A DNA stretch of 64,000 nucleotides from IMG/VR virus record IMGVR_UViG_3300025601_000007; one strand, given 5' to 3'. Below are positions 55,348 to 64,000 of the stretch, one piece after another. Source of the DNA: a virus (Duplodnaviria; Caudoviricetes). Within the stretch, counting starts at the first letter, position 1. Each line of letters opens with the position of its first letter. The notes beneath the pieces were generated by a model. The model was not told the DNA's origin. It saw nothing but the letters and a program-made list of their open reading frames with translations, and did not search any database. The translations under genes were made by a program, and so were the position numbers.

Positions 55348-57744
55348 ATGGCAACAATTTTCGTATCACCTGGAGTTTACACAAGAGAACAAGACTTTAC
55401 AGCATTTGCTTCTAGAATTGGTCTGACCAGACTTGGAATTGTTGGCAAGACTCCAAAGGGTCCCGCAGGCGAAGCGATTCGTGTTAATGGCGGAGATGAA
55501 TTCCTTTTGAGATATGGTGCAACGGATTTTAAATATCCTTCCACCTATGTTGCCAATGCATTCTTAAGCCAGTCCAATGACCTTACCGTGACAAGAGTTC
55601 TCGGTGAAGGTGGGTTCACAAATGGTCCAGCTTGGATTATTACAGCTGATTTCAGTAATGGCACTTCTGGGAGTAAATCAGGAACAACGCTAGCGGTTTT
55701 GCGTTCAAAGAAGTCAAACGCTGGCGTAGCATTTTATGACACGCAAACAGACATTATAATAGGTAACACTACCTCTGGTTCAACGTCGGCTTCATTTACT
55801 CTTTCTGCGACAACTGGGCCACTTACAGCTCTAACAAACTCAAGTATTACTGTATCTTTAGATGAGACTAAAAATGACTACATCGCTAAACTTCTTGGAA
55901 AATCTCCTGAGGTTGCAGTTGGTGCTTATGATTTTTATGTTGAATCTATCTATCCTCACTTTATTAGAGAGGCAAAGGCTAGAGCAGAAATATATGGAAT
56001 CCACCCAGAGCTTATTTATAACTCAACTTCTGCGTGGACAGATTACGCAAGCGACTACACTCACGCTGTAACTCCTTGGATTGTATCTGAGGTAATTGGT
56101 GGAGATGTTCATAATTTATTTAAGGTTCACACTATCTCAGATGGTAACTCGTCAAACAGAGAAGTTAAAGTTTCAGTTGCTAACCTCGACACAACAAATA
56201 GTTTGTTTGACCTAATTATTAGGAAATACGAAGACAGTGATGCTAATAGCTTTAGTGTGTTGGAACGGTTCTCAAGGCTATCTATGAATCCTGCTTCAAG
56301 TAGGTATTGTGGGAAAATAGTTGGAACGCAGGACGGAAATTACCCATCTAGGTCTATGTTTATCAAATTAGAACTTGCAGAGAGCTATCCAGGCGATGCT
56401 CTTCCAGCAGGGTTTAAGGGGTACTCGTTGAGAAGTATGGCTTCTGGCTCAACTACAGTTGCACCAAATATATACTTCAAAACCAGTTATCTTTCTGATG
56501 ACACAGTTTCTAAAACATATATGGGTGTATCTGAATTAGGATACACATCTATTACAGCTTCTCAGGTTTCTGTAAAAAATGCTGCTCAAAACGTTGAACA
56601 TGATATTTTTCAATACCCAGGAGGAACAGCAACAAGCAAAACTACTACTCTTGGATTCCACATGGAGAGCACAGCTCCTGCTGCGCTTTATTCTTCTGGA
56701 GACAAAGCAGCGCTTTCAGCATACACAAAGACAAACTCAACAGTTGTTGACAGAGCTAAATTGAAATTTACAGTTCTTCCTTATGGTGGTTTTGATGGAT
56801 TTAACAAGTACTTAACTTTTGATTCAAGTTCATTGTACTCTGAATTCACAGATGCTTATACAAGCAATGTGTCCGCATTTAAAACAGCAATTGACACGAT
56901 GGAGTCGTCAGAAGCTGTTGATATCAACTTGATTACCACACCAGGAATTGATTATTCTAATAACGAAACACTTGTTAAGTATGCGCTTAACCTTGTTGAA
57001 GATAGAGTTGATTTGCTCTACGTTATTGACGCACCAAGACTTACTGTAGACACAGTGAAAGGAGACCCTGAAACCGCTGTTTCTAACTTAGAATCAACTG
57101 GAATTGATAGCTCATATGCAGCTACATACTGGCCTTGGATTCAAGTTGAAGACATCAACACTGGACGTTACGTATACATGTCTCCGACATACGCTGTAGT
57201 ACGTGCAATGGCCTTTACTGATAACAAATATCAATCATGGTTTGCACCAGCAGGTCAGATTAGGGGTGTTATGCCAGGAAACGTTATCAGAGCAGACGTT
57301 AAGCTTACAAAGTCTCAGCGTGATACTCTATATGCAGGTAGAATCAACCCAATCGCGACATTTACTCAGAGTGGAGTTCAAATTCAAGGCCAGAAAACAT
57401 TGCAAGTTAGAGAGTCTGCACTTGACAGAATCAATGTAAGAAGGCTGATGTTGAGAGTTCAGAGGCTTGTAGCAGCTGCATCACTTACACTGTTGTTTGA
57501 ACAAAACGACCAGACAGTAAGAGACCAGTTCTTAGCGAAAGTTGAGCCGATTTTGCTTCAAATACAAAATCAAAGAGGTATCTCAGCTTTTAAAGTCACA
57601 ATGGATGATTCTAACAATACGTCAGACACAGTCGATAGAAACATGTTAATTGGTAAGATTCAAATCAAGCCAACAAGAGCGGTAGAGTTCATAGACTTAA
57701 TATTCCAAGTCCTTCCGACTGGGGCCCGATTTGAGGATTTTTGA
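55348..57744 (+). CDS. gp18: Tail sheath protein (gp18-like)
   Basis: FVSPGVYTREQD, SSYAATYWPW, WFAPAG.IRG, LDRINVRRL, IKPTRAVEFI. Confidence 0.95.
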   Translation: MATIFVSPGVYTREQDFTAFASRIGLTRLGIVGKTPKGPAGEAIRVNGGDEFLLRYGATDFKYPSTYVANAFLSQSNDLTVTRVLGEGGFTNGPAWIITADFSNGTSGSKSGTTLAVLRSKKSNAGVAFYDTQTDIIIGNTTSGSTSASFTLSATTGPLTALTNSSITVSLDETKNDYIAKLLGKSPEVAVGAYDFYVESIYPHFIREAKARAEIYGIHPELIYNSTSAWTDYASDYTHAVTPWIVSEVIGGDVHNLFKVHTISDGNSSNREVKVSVANLDTTNSLFDLIIRKYEDSDANSFSVLERFSRLSMNPASSRYCGKIVGTQDGNYPSRSMFIKLELAESYPGDALPAGFKGYSLRSMASGSTTVAPNIYFKTSYLSDDTVSKTYMGVSELGYTSITASQVSVKNAAQNVEHDIFQYPGGTATSKTTTLGFHMESTAPAALYSSGDKAALSAYTKTNSTVVDRAKLKFTVLPYGGFDGFNKYLTFDSSSLYSEFTDAYTSNVSAFKTAIDTMESSEAVDINLITTPGIDYSNNETLVKYALNLVEDRVDLLYVIDAPRLTVDTVKGDPETAVSNLESTGIDSSYAATYWPWIQVEDINTGRYVYMSPTYAVVRAMAFTDNKYQSWFAPAGQIRGVMPGNVIRADVKLTKSQRDTLYAGRINPIATFTQSGVQIQGQKTLQVRESALDRINVRRLMLRVQRLVAAASLTLLFEQNDQTVRDQFLAKVEPILLQIQNQRGISAFKVTMDDSNNTSDTVDRNMLIGKIQIKPTRAVEFIDLIFQVLPTGARFEDF

Positions 57745-57786
57745 TAACTAACTTGTAATAATCCACTTAAGATTACATAATATACA

Positions 57787-57817
57787 GGGGCTTGCCATCA
57801 CGGTGAGCCCTTTTTTT
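57787..57817 (+). terminator. Intrinsic terminator after the sheath gene
   Basis: GGGCTTGCC ATCA CGGTGAGCCC-T7. Confidence 0.85.
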
Positions 57818-57834
57818 GTGCGTGCAGCTTTTCC

Positions 57835-58383
57835 CTAATCTGTGTTGAGATTTTTTTCCGCTATATTTGCATATATCTTTTCGAACTGAGCCAGTCTACT
57901 CATTGGGGTAAAAAGAGTTTTGTACCAACGAAGTGAAAACTGGTATGGTGAGTCTTTCAAAATCCTCTCAAATTTTTCCTGAGTAACTTTGGTCGGCAAG
58001 ATATCTTGTATCTCCTCCGAAGTCAGCGTGGTGTTGACTTCAATCTCTCTATAGGTGATGTCTTCAGTCAGATTGTCCACAAACACAAATGTTTTCATAA
58101 AAGGAGCTAGGTGGAGAAAATTAAGAATGTGATGGACTTCATCTGCAAGCCTATCTTTGGGGTACGACTTTGCTTCTCCAAAAGGTATTTTGAAACTATC
58201 TTCCATTCTTTTTTTCGCGAGCTCTAATGCTTCGCCTTTATATCCATGCTCAGACAGTATGGAGGCGATTGTGGATATTGTAACATCTTTCGGTATCCTC
58301 TTGCGATTTGACGCAAGAGAGTCGAATACGCCAGGTACAATGGAGGCGATTGATTTAACGGTTTCTCTAGATATTGGATACAT
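57835..58383 (-). CDS. Hypothetical protein
   Basis: 182-aa ORF. Confidence 0.65.
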   Translation of the reverse strand: MYPISRETVKSIASIVPGVFDSLASNRKRIPKDVTISTIASILSEHGYKGEALELAKKRMEDSFKIPFGEAKSYPKDRLADEVHHILNFLHLAPFMKTFVFVDNLTEDITYREIEVNTTLTSEEIQDILPTKVTQEKFERILKDSPYQFSLRWYKTLFTPMSRLAQFEKIYANIAEKNLNTD

Positions 58384-58455
58384 GCTTTAATATACGGGGA
58401 AAACAAATAAGAGTTACATGAAACCAAACTCTCAATCTTGCGTATATATGGTAAC

Positions 58456-59037
58456 ATGAAAATTATTAGCAAGTATAAAGACTATTATGATTATCTTGTA
58501 GACCATTACGGGATAGATGAAAAAGTCACAATCGACCGAACCAAAGGCTTTGTGCCTTTTGTTTCAAACCCAACGCGAGAAGGCGAATTCAGCGTGGCTC
58601 AAGTAGCTGTGTGCGGAATGCTTCACTCAGGGCTTATTGACCATAAAGGTGTAATTCACTGGGGAGACAGTGCTATTCCTTTCGGAAAAATGCGTTCAAA
58701 AAGTTGGCTGGATGATGGGTTGAAAATGCTTTATTTTGATGCTGGTTTAAAACGGAAAGACCGAATTGACCCCAAACCAGCTCCAACTGACCTTAACGCG
58801 AGAGAAAATTGTGCTGTTGTTTGGGTTACGGGCTATAGTAGTCAAGATACTAAGAATTGGCCAAAACTTGAGGTTGTGAATTTCGCTGGTTATATTCCTG
58901 CAGAAGAGATGTTTCAAGAAATTTATAGTTGGATGAGTGCTCGCAACGAACCCGACACCACCGACACACGAGATGATGCCACAAAATTATTGAACGCAGG
59001 GTTCGATAAAAAGAAATCTTTTAGACACAGAAAATGA
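58456..59037 (+). CDS. Phage hypothetical protein
   Basis: MKIISKYKDYYDYL...; C-terminal GFDKKKSFR. Confidence 0.7.
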   Translation: MKIISKYKDYYDYLVDHYGIDEKVTIDRTKGFVPFVSNPTREGEFSVAQVAVCGMLHSGLIDHKGVIHWGDSAIPFGKMRSKSWLDDGLKMLYFDAGLKRKDRIDPKPAPTDLNARENCAVVWVTGYSSQDTKNWPKLEVVNFAGYIPAEEMFQEIYSWMSARNEPDTTDTRDDATKLLNAGFDKKKSFRHRK

Positions 59038-59927
59038 GAAAAGCATATAGTGAAGTCACAGTGATTGGCGAAGATAGTAAAATACAAGGCTTATGCCTTG
59101 GATATGACCATTGCTCCGAACATGAATGGGGAATAAAGGGCATTCGAAGAAAACTAGAGCAAAACGACAGGGTTTATAATAAAACCCTGGGTATTGTCAC
59201 TAAAAGTGTTTTAGGGGCAGAAACCAGGATGGTTCACAACTACGAAAACATTGTGTTGGGTAAGTTTGATTATTGGCATCGAAAAGGGACTCAAATAAGT
59301 CACGAGAAAAAAAATGGATACAAAAAGAAAATTGCTTTTTTTCTCGAAACAAAAGGCATATCGATTTATGCTGATGACCAAGAAAGTGCTTTAAGGGAAG
59401 GGCGATGTAATATGCTTTCTTATTATGAACTAGAAAGAGAAGAGCCACCAGAAGGGTTTCTTTGGTCTGAGTGGGATGAAAACAATCTCAGAGCAGTGTT
59501 TACCAATGAAGATATTTTTGACGCCCTAAAGGATGTGATTAAATCAAAAAATTTACTTGTAGGATTAGGAGGTAGTTTAAACCCATTTGCAGGAGCGGGA
59601 TTATATATCTTGGATTTTAGAGCTTATTCAGAAGATGATGTTAAGGAAATGGCTCAAGCAGACCTGAACCACATCAACATGTTAGAATATGCGCGACTCA
59701 CAATGATTGAAAAGCGTTTGAAGAAAGCTGGTAAGAGTTGGTTTGCTTTATCTCCAAAAAAACTGAATAAGGAGGATATGGAAAAACATAAAACCAAATT
59801 CAGCGTCATTTTTTGGCTGAATCCAACTGAACAAAGAATTGTTAATTATGGCTGGTTTACTGTTGAGGAGTTGAGGATGTGGATAAAAGGAAAAGGGCCT
59901 ATAGTCAAGCAGGATGAAGTGGCATAG
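59034..59927 (+). CDS. Phage hypothetical protein
   Basis: 297 aa, ATGA-coupled. Confidence 0.7.
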   Translation: MRKAYSEVTVIGEDSKIQGLCLGYDHCSEHEWGIKGIRRKLEQNDRVYNKTLGIVTKSVLGAETRMVHNYENIVLGKFDYWHRKGTQISHEKKNGYKKKIAFFLETKGISIYADDQESALREGRCNMLSYYELEREEPPEGFLWSEWDENNLRAVFTNEDIFDALKDVIKSKNLLVGLGGSLNPFAGAGLYILDFRAYSEDDVKEMAQADLNHINMLEYARLTMIEKRLKKAGKSWFALSPKKLNKEDMEKHKTKFSVIFWLNPTEQRIVNYGWFTVEELRMWIKGKGPIVKQDEVA

Positions 59928-60243
59928 AAAAATAGATTTAGAAACCCTAAGGAATTCAGTTTTTGTCGTGTCTATAAATATTTTGGCATATAATACATTG
60001 CTTGATAAAGGTGGAGATAATGTAGAAAATCTTATACTAAATTCTCAAAAAACTCTTTCGGAAGGGCTAGGAATTGACAGCAATGAATATCTTCCAAGTA
60101 TTCGTCTCAGCTTTTTTGAAGAGGACCGAAAAAAAACTCAAATAAGTTTTGGGTTTTATAAAAAAGTTGACGGGCTTAGGAGTGTGGCGACTCATTTTAT
60201 ATTCAACTCAGATTATATTAAGACGTATCTTAATTTGGAATGA
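59914..60243 (+). CDS. Hypothetical protein
   Basis: 109 aa. Confidence 0.55.
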   Translation: MKWHRKIDLETLRNSVFVVSINILAYNTLLDKGGDNVENLILNSQKTLSEGLGIDSNEYLPSIRLSFFEEDRKKTQISFGFYKKVDGLRSVATHFIFNSDYIKTYLNLE

Positions 60244-60589
60244 TGTCTGGCGGTATTTCGATGTTGATGTATCCTTGCTGAGGAATGGATAATCTATTTC
60301 CACCGTTGTAATAAAGCTGAAATTCTCCTCTGTATTTACCAGCTTCGTTTGTATCCACAGCCGCCCAATTGTATTGGATTGTTCCGCCTGATATAGATTG
60401 TAGCGAGCCAGCGGCTCCAGCTACTTTGTAATTCCCATGTCTATCCACCATTGAAAATGTAACAGCGGTAGCCCCAGTCATGTTGAATGGTATCCTAGTC
60501 GTGAGATTGGAGTAATCAAACACACAAATTCGCAACACTGGCAGAGTATCGTTTTGCTTGATGATGAAATCTCTTTGACTTAAAGGCAT
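60230..60589 (-). CDS. BppU-N-like / Ig-like virion domain protein
   Basis: IKQNDTLP, G.IQYNW...DT..AG.YRGEF. Confidence 0.7.
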   Translation of the reverse strand: MPLSQRDFIIKQNDTLPVLRICVFDYSNLTTRIPFNMTGATAVTFSMVDRHGNYKVAGAAGSLQSISGGTIQYNWAAVDTNEAGKYRGEFQLYYNGGNRLSIPQQGYINIEIPPDIIPN

Positions 60590-60990
60590 TATGACGTTGT
60601 GAATTGGTTACTAACTACTGTAAAATCTAGTGGTTTGTTGTTAAGCATTTCTACTTCTATTTCTCGTCCCACTGTCGGAGACATCTTAAACTTGAATCGG
60701 GTATACTGTAACTTTACTGGGGAATCAGCAGTGTACTTAACTCTCCAATAAATCTCGTAATTATCATCTGTGTTATAGAGAATCTCGTCGAGGTCTGCGA
60801 AATAGAATCCTACTTCTTGATTTGTTATTGTTGCTCCTGATTCCACAAGGGAATCACCAGTCGATGCGTTGTATACATCAGCAGTAAGAGATGCTGGGTT
60901 TATAACTGTATATGACTCGATGTTTGTACCCCCACTGTTTGAAAACGTGAGTACTCTGAATCGTCGGTATATCTTTATAACTCCAGCCAT
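60589..60990 (-). CDS. Putative Ig-like virion protein
   Basis: 133 aa, beta-rich (GFYFADL, YEIYWRVKY). Confidence 0.5.
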   Translation of the reverse strand: MAGVIKIYRRFRVLTFSNSGGTNIESYTVINPASLTADVYNASTGDSLVESGATITNQEVGFYFADLDEILYNTDDNYEIYWRVKYTADSPVKLQYTRFKFKMSPTVGREIEVEMLNNKPLDFTVVSNQFTTS

Positions 60991-61048
60991 AATATATCAC
61001 ACAAAAAACCCTACTGTGAGGGTTTTTGTGTGTTTTGTTGTGAATTTC

Positions 61049-61537
61049 TTAATTACTGAGAATACACCTGTCTGGTTGGAGGGTCAGGGTAGGCATAATC
61101 AAATCATCAGAACTATAATCGTAATCTCCAAAGCTTGCGTCTACTATTTGGCATCCGATAAGGGTCCATTTTTGAATTTCAACTCCAGGTCCGTCTACCC
61201 CTTTCAGTACAAGGTTCTTTTTGTATCCAACTGCGTATCCGCCACGTCCCGTAGCTGATTCAAAGTGAAGTCGTACCCACTCCATCAATTTTTGAGTCGT
61301 AGAGGGACCAATCACGTCAATGAATGAAACCTCCATTGTTTGCCATACGGCTCTACCAGCGACGAATGTCGAAGTATTCATGTATGGTATCTCAACTGAT
61401 TTGATGTTCAGTGAAGGCGCTTTCGTAGTTTGAACCATATACGAATCGATAGCAAGCTCCGTTGGGAACTCTAGCACAAATCGATTTTTTAATTTTGGTT
61501 CCTGCTCGATAGGAACAGGTCGAAACATATCTGCCAT
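61049..61537 (-). CDS. gp19: Tail tube protein (gp19-like)
   Basis: EPKLKNRF, YVAGR-like FVAGRAVWQ, YKKNL, W.L.G. Confidence 0.88.
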   Translation of the reverse strand: MADMFRPVPIEQEPKLKNRFVLEFPTELAIDSYMVQTTKAPSLNIKSVEIPYMNTSTFVAGRAVWQTMEVSFIDVIGPSTTQKLMEWVRLHFESATGRGGYAVGYKKNLVLKGVDGPGVEIQKWTLIGCQIVDASFGDYDYSSDDLIMPTLTLQPDRCILSN

Positions 61538-61733
61538 TATTGTAGCTTTTATTGTTATTTCCTATAAATAGCTGGCAGAAAAAAGTTTTGTAGCGGCTTG
61601 AGATATTAGTTTACCTATTTATTAAAAAGAGTACTTAAGAGTGTGTTTATAATACATTTTTAGATTAATCTAAATAGGTATTTACCATTATCATTTTTAA
61701 GCTTATATAAGCAAGGTTTTAATAGTTACACAA

Positions 61734-62657
61734 ATGGAACGTAAAATAAAAAGAGCTCTTTGTCTTTCTGGTGGAGGTTCAAAAGGAGCTTGGGCAGGAG
61801 GTGTGATTCAATATCTTACTGAGGACTTAAAGCTCGACTACGACCTTTACGTCGGAACATCCACTGGAAGCTTGTTAGCTCCGCTTACTTCTATTCGTGA
61901 AATAAGCACTTTAAAAGAAGGTTACACCAGCGTAAGCGCTGATGACATATTCTCTTATAATCCATTTAGAAAAGACGGAAGTCCCAGTTATCTTAAAATG
62001 GCTTATAGAATAGCTACTTTAAAAACAACTTTAGGCGAGAGCGAGGGTTTATTAGAACTTATTAAAAAGTTTTTCAAAGAAAAACACTATGACAAACTCA
62101 CTAGTGAGGGAAAGGAAGTAATTGCTGCAGTCGCAAATATTACTGATGAAAAAATTGAATACATGTCATCAAAAGATTGGGGATATGAAATGTTTTGCAA
62201 GTGGTTGTGGGCATCCGCCAATACCCCTCCTTTTATGACTCTTTTTGAACATCAAGGGAAGGAATATGTTGATGGTGCAATTTTGCAACACATCCCTATA
62301 CAAGCTGCTATTGATGCGGGAGCCACTGAAATAGATGTTATTGTATTACGTCCTGAAAAATTTGGTGCAACAGCTAAAAACAAGACAAAAAATGTCATTC
62401 ATCTCTCAAATAAACTAATTCGAATGATGCAACGTAAAATATCACAAACGAATGTTGAAATGGCTCAATTAGAAGCTAATAAGAGAGATGTTAAAATAAA
62501 CATTATATACACGCCTTATCGACTAACTGAAAATTCGCTCGTTTTTGACAAAGAACAAATGTTAAAATGGTGGGAAGAAGGTTATGAATTCGCAAAGGAG
62601 GGGAATATGAGACAGTATAAACTTTCTAAACGGAATGTAATACGTGAGATAGAATAA
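61734..62657 (+). CDS. Patatin-like phospholipase
   Basis: SGGGSKG, GTSTG, YVDGA. Confidence 0.92.
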   Translation: MERKIKRALCLSGGGSKGAWAGGVIQYLTEDLKLDYDLYVGTSTGSLLAPLTSIREISTLKEGYTSVSADDIFSYNPFRKDGSPSYLKMAYRIATLKTTLGESEGLLELIKKFFKEKHYDKLTSEGKEVIAAVANITDEKIEYMSSKDWGYEMFCKWLWASANTPPFMTLFEHQGKEYVDGAILQHIPIQAAIDAGATEIDVIVLRPEKFGATAKNKTKNVIHLSNKLIRMMQRKISQTNVEMAQLEANKRDVKINIIYTPYRLTENSLVFDKEQMLKWWEEGYEFAKEGNMRQYKLSKRNVIREIE

Positions 62658-62686
62658 CTCGCCTATTTATAAAAAAAGCTCTTAAA

Positions 62687-62995
62687 ATGGCATATAGAAC
62701 AGGAGACACTATCTATCAAAACATTGTTTCAACCGATTCCAGTAATAATGTGGAGTCTGGGGCAACTTTCGTTAACAAGCTTTATCGAAATGGCTCTTTA
62801 TATGCTGGCGCCACTCTTAATTTTGCCATATCTGATGCTCCAAGAGGAGTTTATACAGCAAGTTTTTCAGCTTCAACCATTGGAGAATATCAAATATATT
62901 TTAATAACATCACAACAAACACAATTTACATGTCTGGTATATTCAGCTTTAAATCTTCTGAAAATATATCGACAAGCATCTATATAGGTTCCTAA
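62687..62995 (+). CDS. Putative Ig-like virion protein
   Basis: 102 aa beta-rich; CTATTTAT at 62663. Confidence 0.55.
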   Translation: MAYRTGDTIYQNIVSTDSSNNVESGATFVNKLYRNGSLYAGATLNFAISDAPRGVYTASFSASTIGEYQIYFNNITTNTIYMSGIFSFKSSENISTSIYIGS

Positions 62996-63055
62996 TAGCT
63001 GAAAGTAAGGCAAAAATGACTAATTCTAAGCTATTTAGTGTTGATACAACCCTTT

Positions 63056-64000
63056 ATGGAACAAACTAAGATATTAGACAAGGAAGCTGAATTAATGGAG
63101 TGTTCGATGGACCCTATTTACTTTATTAACAGTTTTTGTTATGCCTATGATGTACTAAAAGACCAGCAAGCCAACATTAAGTGTTTTGATTATCAAGAGA
63201 GAGTTCTGGATTCATACATGGACCACAAATGGAATGTGATTTTAAAGTCACGTCAAACTGGTTTATCAGTAATTACCGCATGTTATGTTGCCTGGAGAAT
63301 GATATTTGGTCTGGATGAGACAATCGTAATTATCGCCAACAACCAAGACGGCGCAGTTAGATTTCTAAAACACGTCAAGAATGTTTTTATCAATCTTCCT
63401 GATTTTATTTATAGTAAAAACCGCGATGAAGTTTCTATGGCTACGATGAAAATCGAGCACGCCAATGGGAATATTGCAATCGCTAAGGCAGCTGGTAAAA
63501 ACGCAGGTCGTGGAGACGCTCCTACTCTCTTAATATTAGATGAGTGGGCGTTTGTTAAAGACGACGATGATATCTGGACAGCCGCAGCCCCTTCTTTATC
63601 GCAAACAGAAGGAGACTGTATTGTTATTTCAACACCAAACGGAACAGGTAATCTATATCACAAGTTCTGGGTCGACGCCGCACGCGGAGATGGTGCCTTC
63701 AACCCAATTAAGGTTCACTGGACCGAAAACCCAAAATCAGCTATTGATTTAGAGTATAGAGAAGACTCAAAAGGTATTTTAAAACCTTGGAGCCCTTGGT
63801 ATGAAAAGCGATGTAAAGAAGTTCAGTATGATGGAGTTAAAATAGCACAGGAGCTTGACTTATCATTTGAAGGTTCCAAGTTGTTAGCGTTGGACCCAGA
63901 TTTAATTGCCAGACAACGACAGCGAATTGAGACTGAAAACATCAGGCCCGTCGTGTATTTTGATGTGACAGCAGAAAGTCATAATCTAGTTGGGACTGTC
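63056..64000 (+). CDS. gp17: Terminase large subunit, partial (runs off the window end)
   Basis: LKSRQTGLS Walker A, LILDEWAF Walker B, ISTPNG; translated by hand. Confidence 0.93.
   Translation, partial: MEQTKILDKEAELMECSMDPIYFINSFCYAYDVLKDQQANIKCFDYQERVLDSYMDHKWNVILKSRQTGLSVITACYVAWRMIFGLDETIVIIANNQDGAVRFLKHVKNVFINLPDFIYSKNRDEVSMATMKIEHANGNIAIAKAAGKNAGRGDAPTLLILDEWAFVKDDDDIWTAAAPSLSQTEGDCIVISTPNGTGNLYHKFWVDAARGDGAFNPIKVHWTENPKSAIDLEYREDSKGILKPWSPWYEKRCKEVQYDGVKIAQELDLSFEGSKLLALDPDLIARQRQRIETENIRPVVYFDVTAESHNLVGTV

Noticed and set aside
1-64000. Stop-codon reassignment (TAG or TGA recoding)
   Set aside because: Long conserved genes are uninterrupted in the standard code. The few premature stops are explained by frameshifts or decay.
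1-64000. tRNA or rRNA genes
   Set aside because: No cloverleaf or rRNA-like sequence recognised in the intergenic gaps by eye; tRNAscan-SE would be decisive.

Overview
AT-rich 64-kb segment of a large T4-like (myovirus) phage genome in the standard genetic code. The probable host is Bacteroidota, inferred from TAnnTTTG-type promoters and A-rich starts without Shine-Dalgarno sequences. It has four parts. (i) A ~22-kb minus-strand glycan-biosynthesis island (2.1-24.1 kb) with about 11 glycosyltransferase-like genes, NeuB/NeuA, a GT29 sialyltransferase-like gene plus a decayed second copy, FdtA/DegT amino-sugar genes and methyltransferases. (ii) Scattered head, neck and tail genes (gp55-like sigma, prohead protease, scaffold, major capsid, neck, gp15-like fusion, sheath, tube, terminase), most preceded by a CTATTTAN motif. 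(iii) Mobile elements: two LAGLIDADG inteins, a GIY-YIG cassette that splits a small gene, an IS200/IS605-type mini-element and an HNH. (iv) The most striking region, 43.3-47.7 kb. Here a phage asnS sits behind an Asn-rich leader-peptide attenuator and is followed by a translationally coupled tandem array of 11 mosaic ~85-aa paralogues that appear to exchange sequence blocks. All product calls come from motif recognition in the translations; no database search was run.
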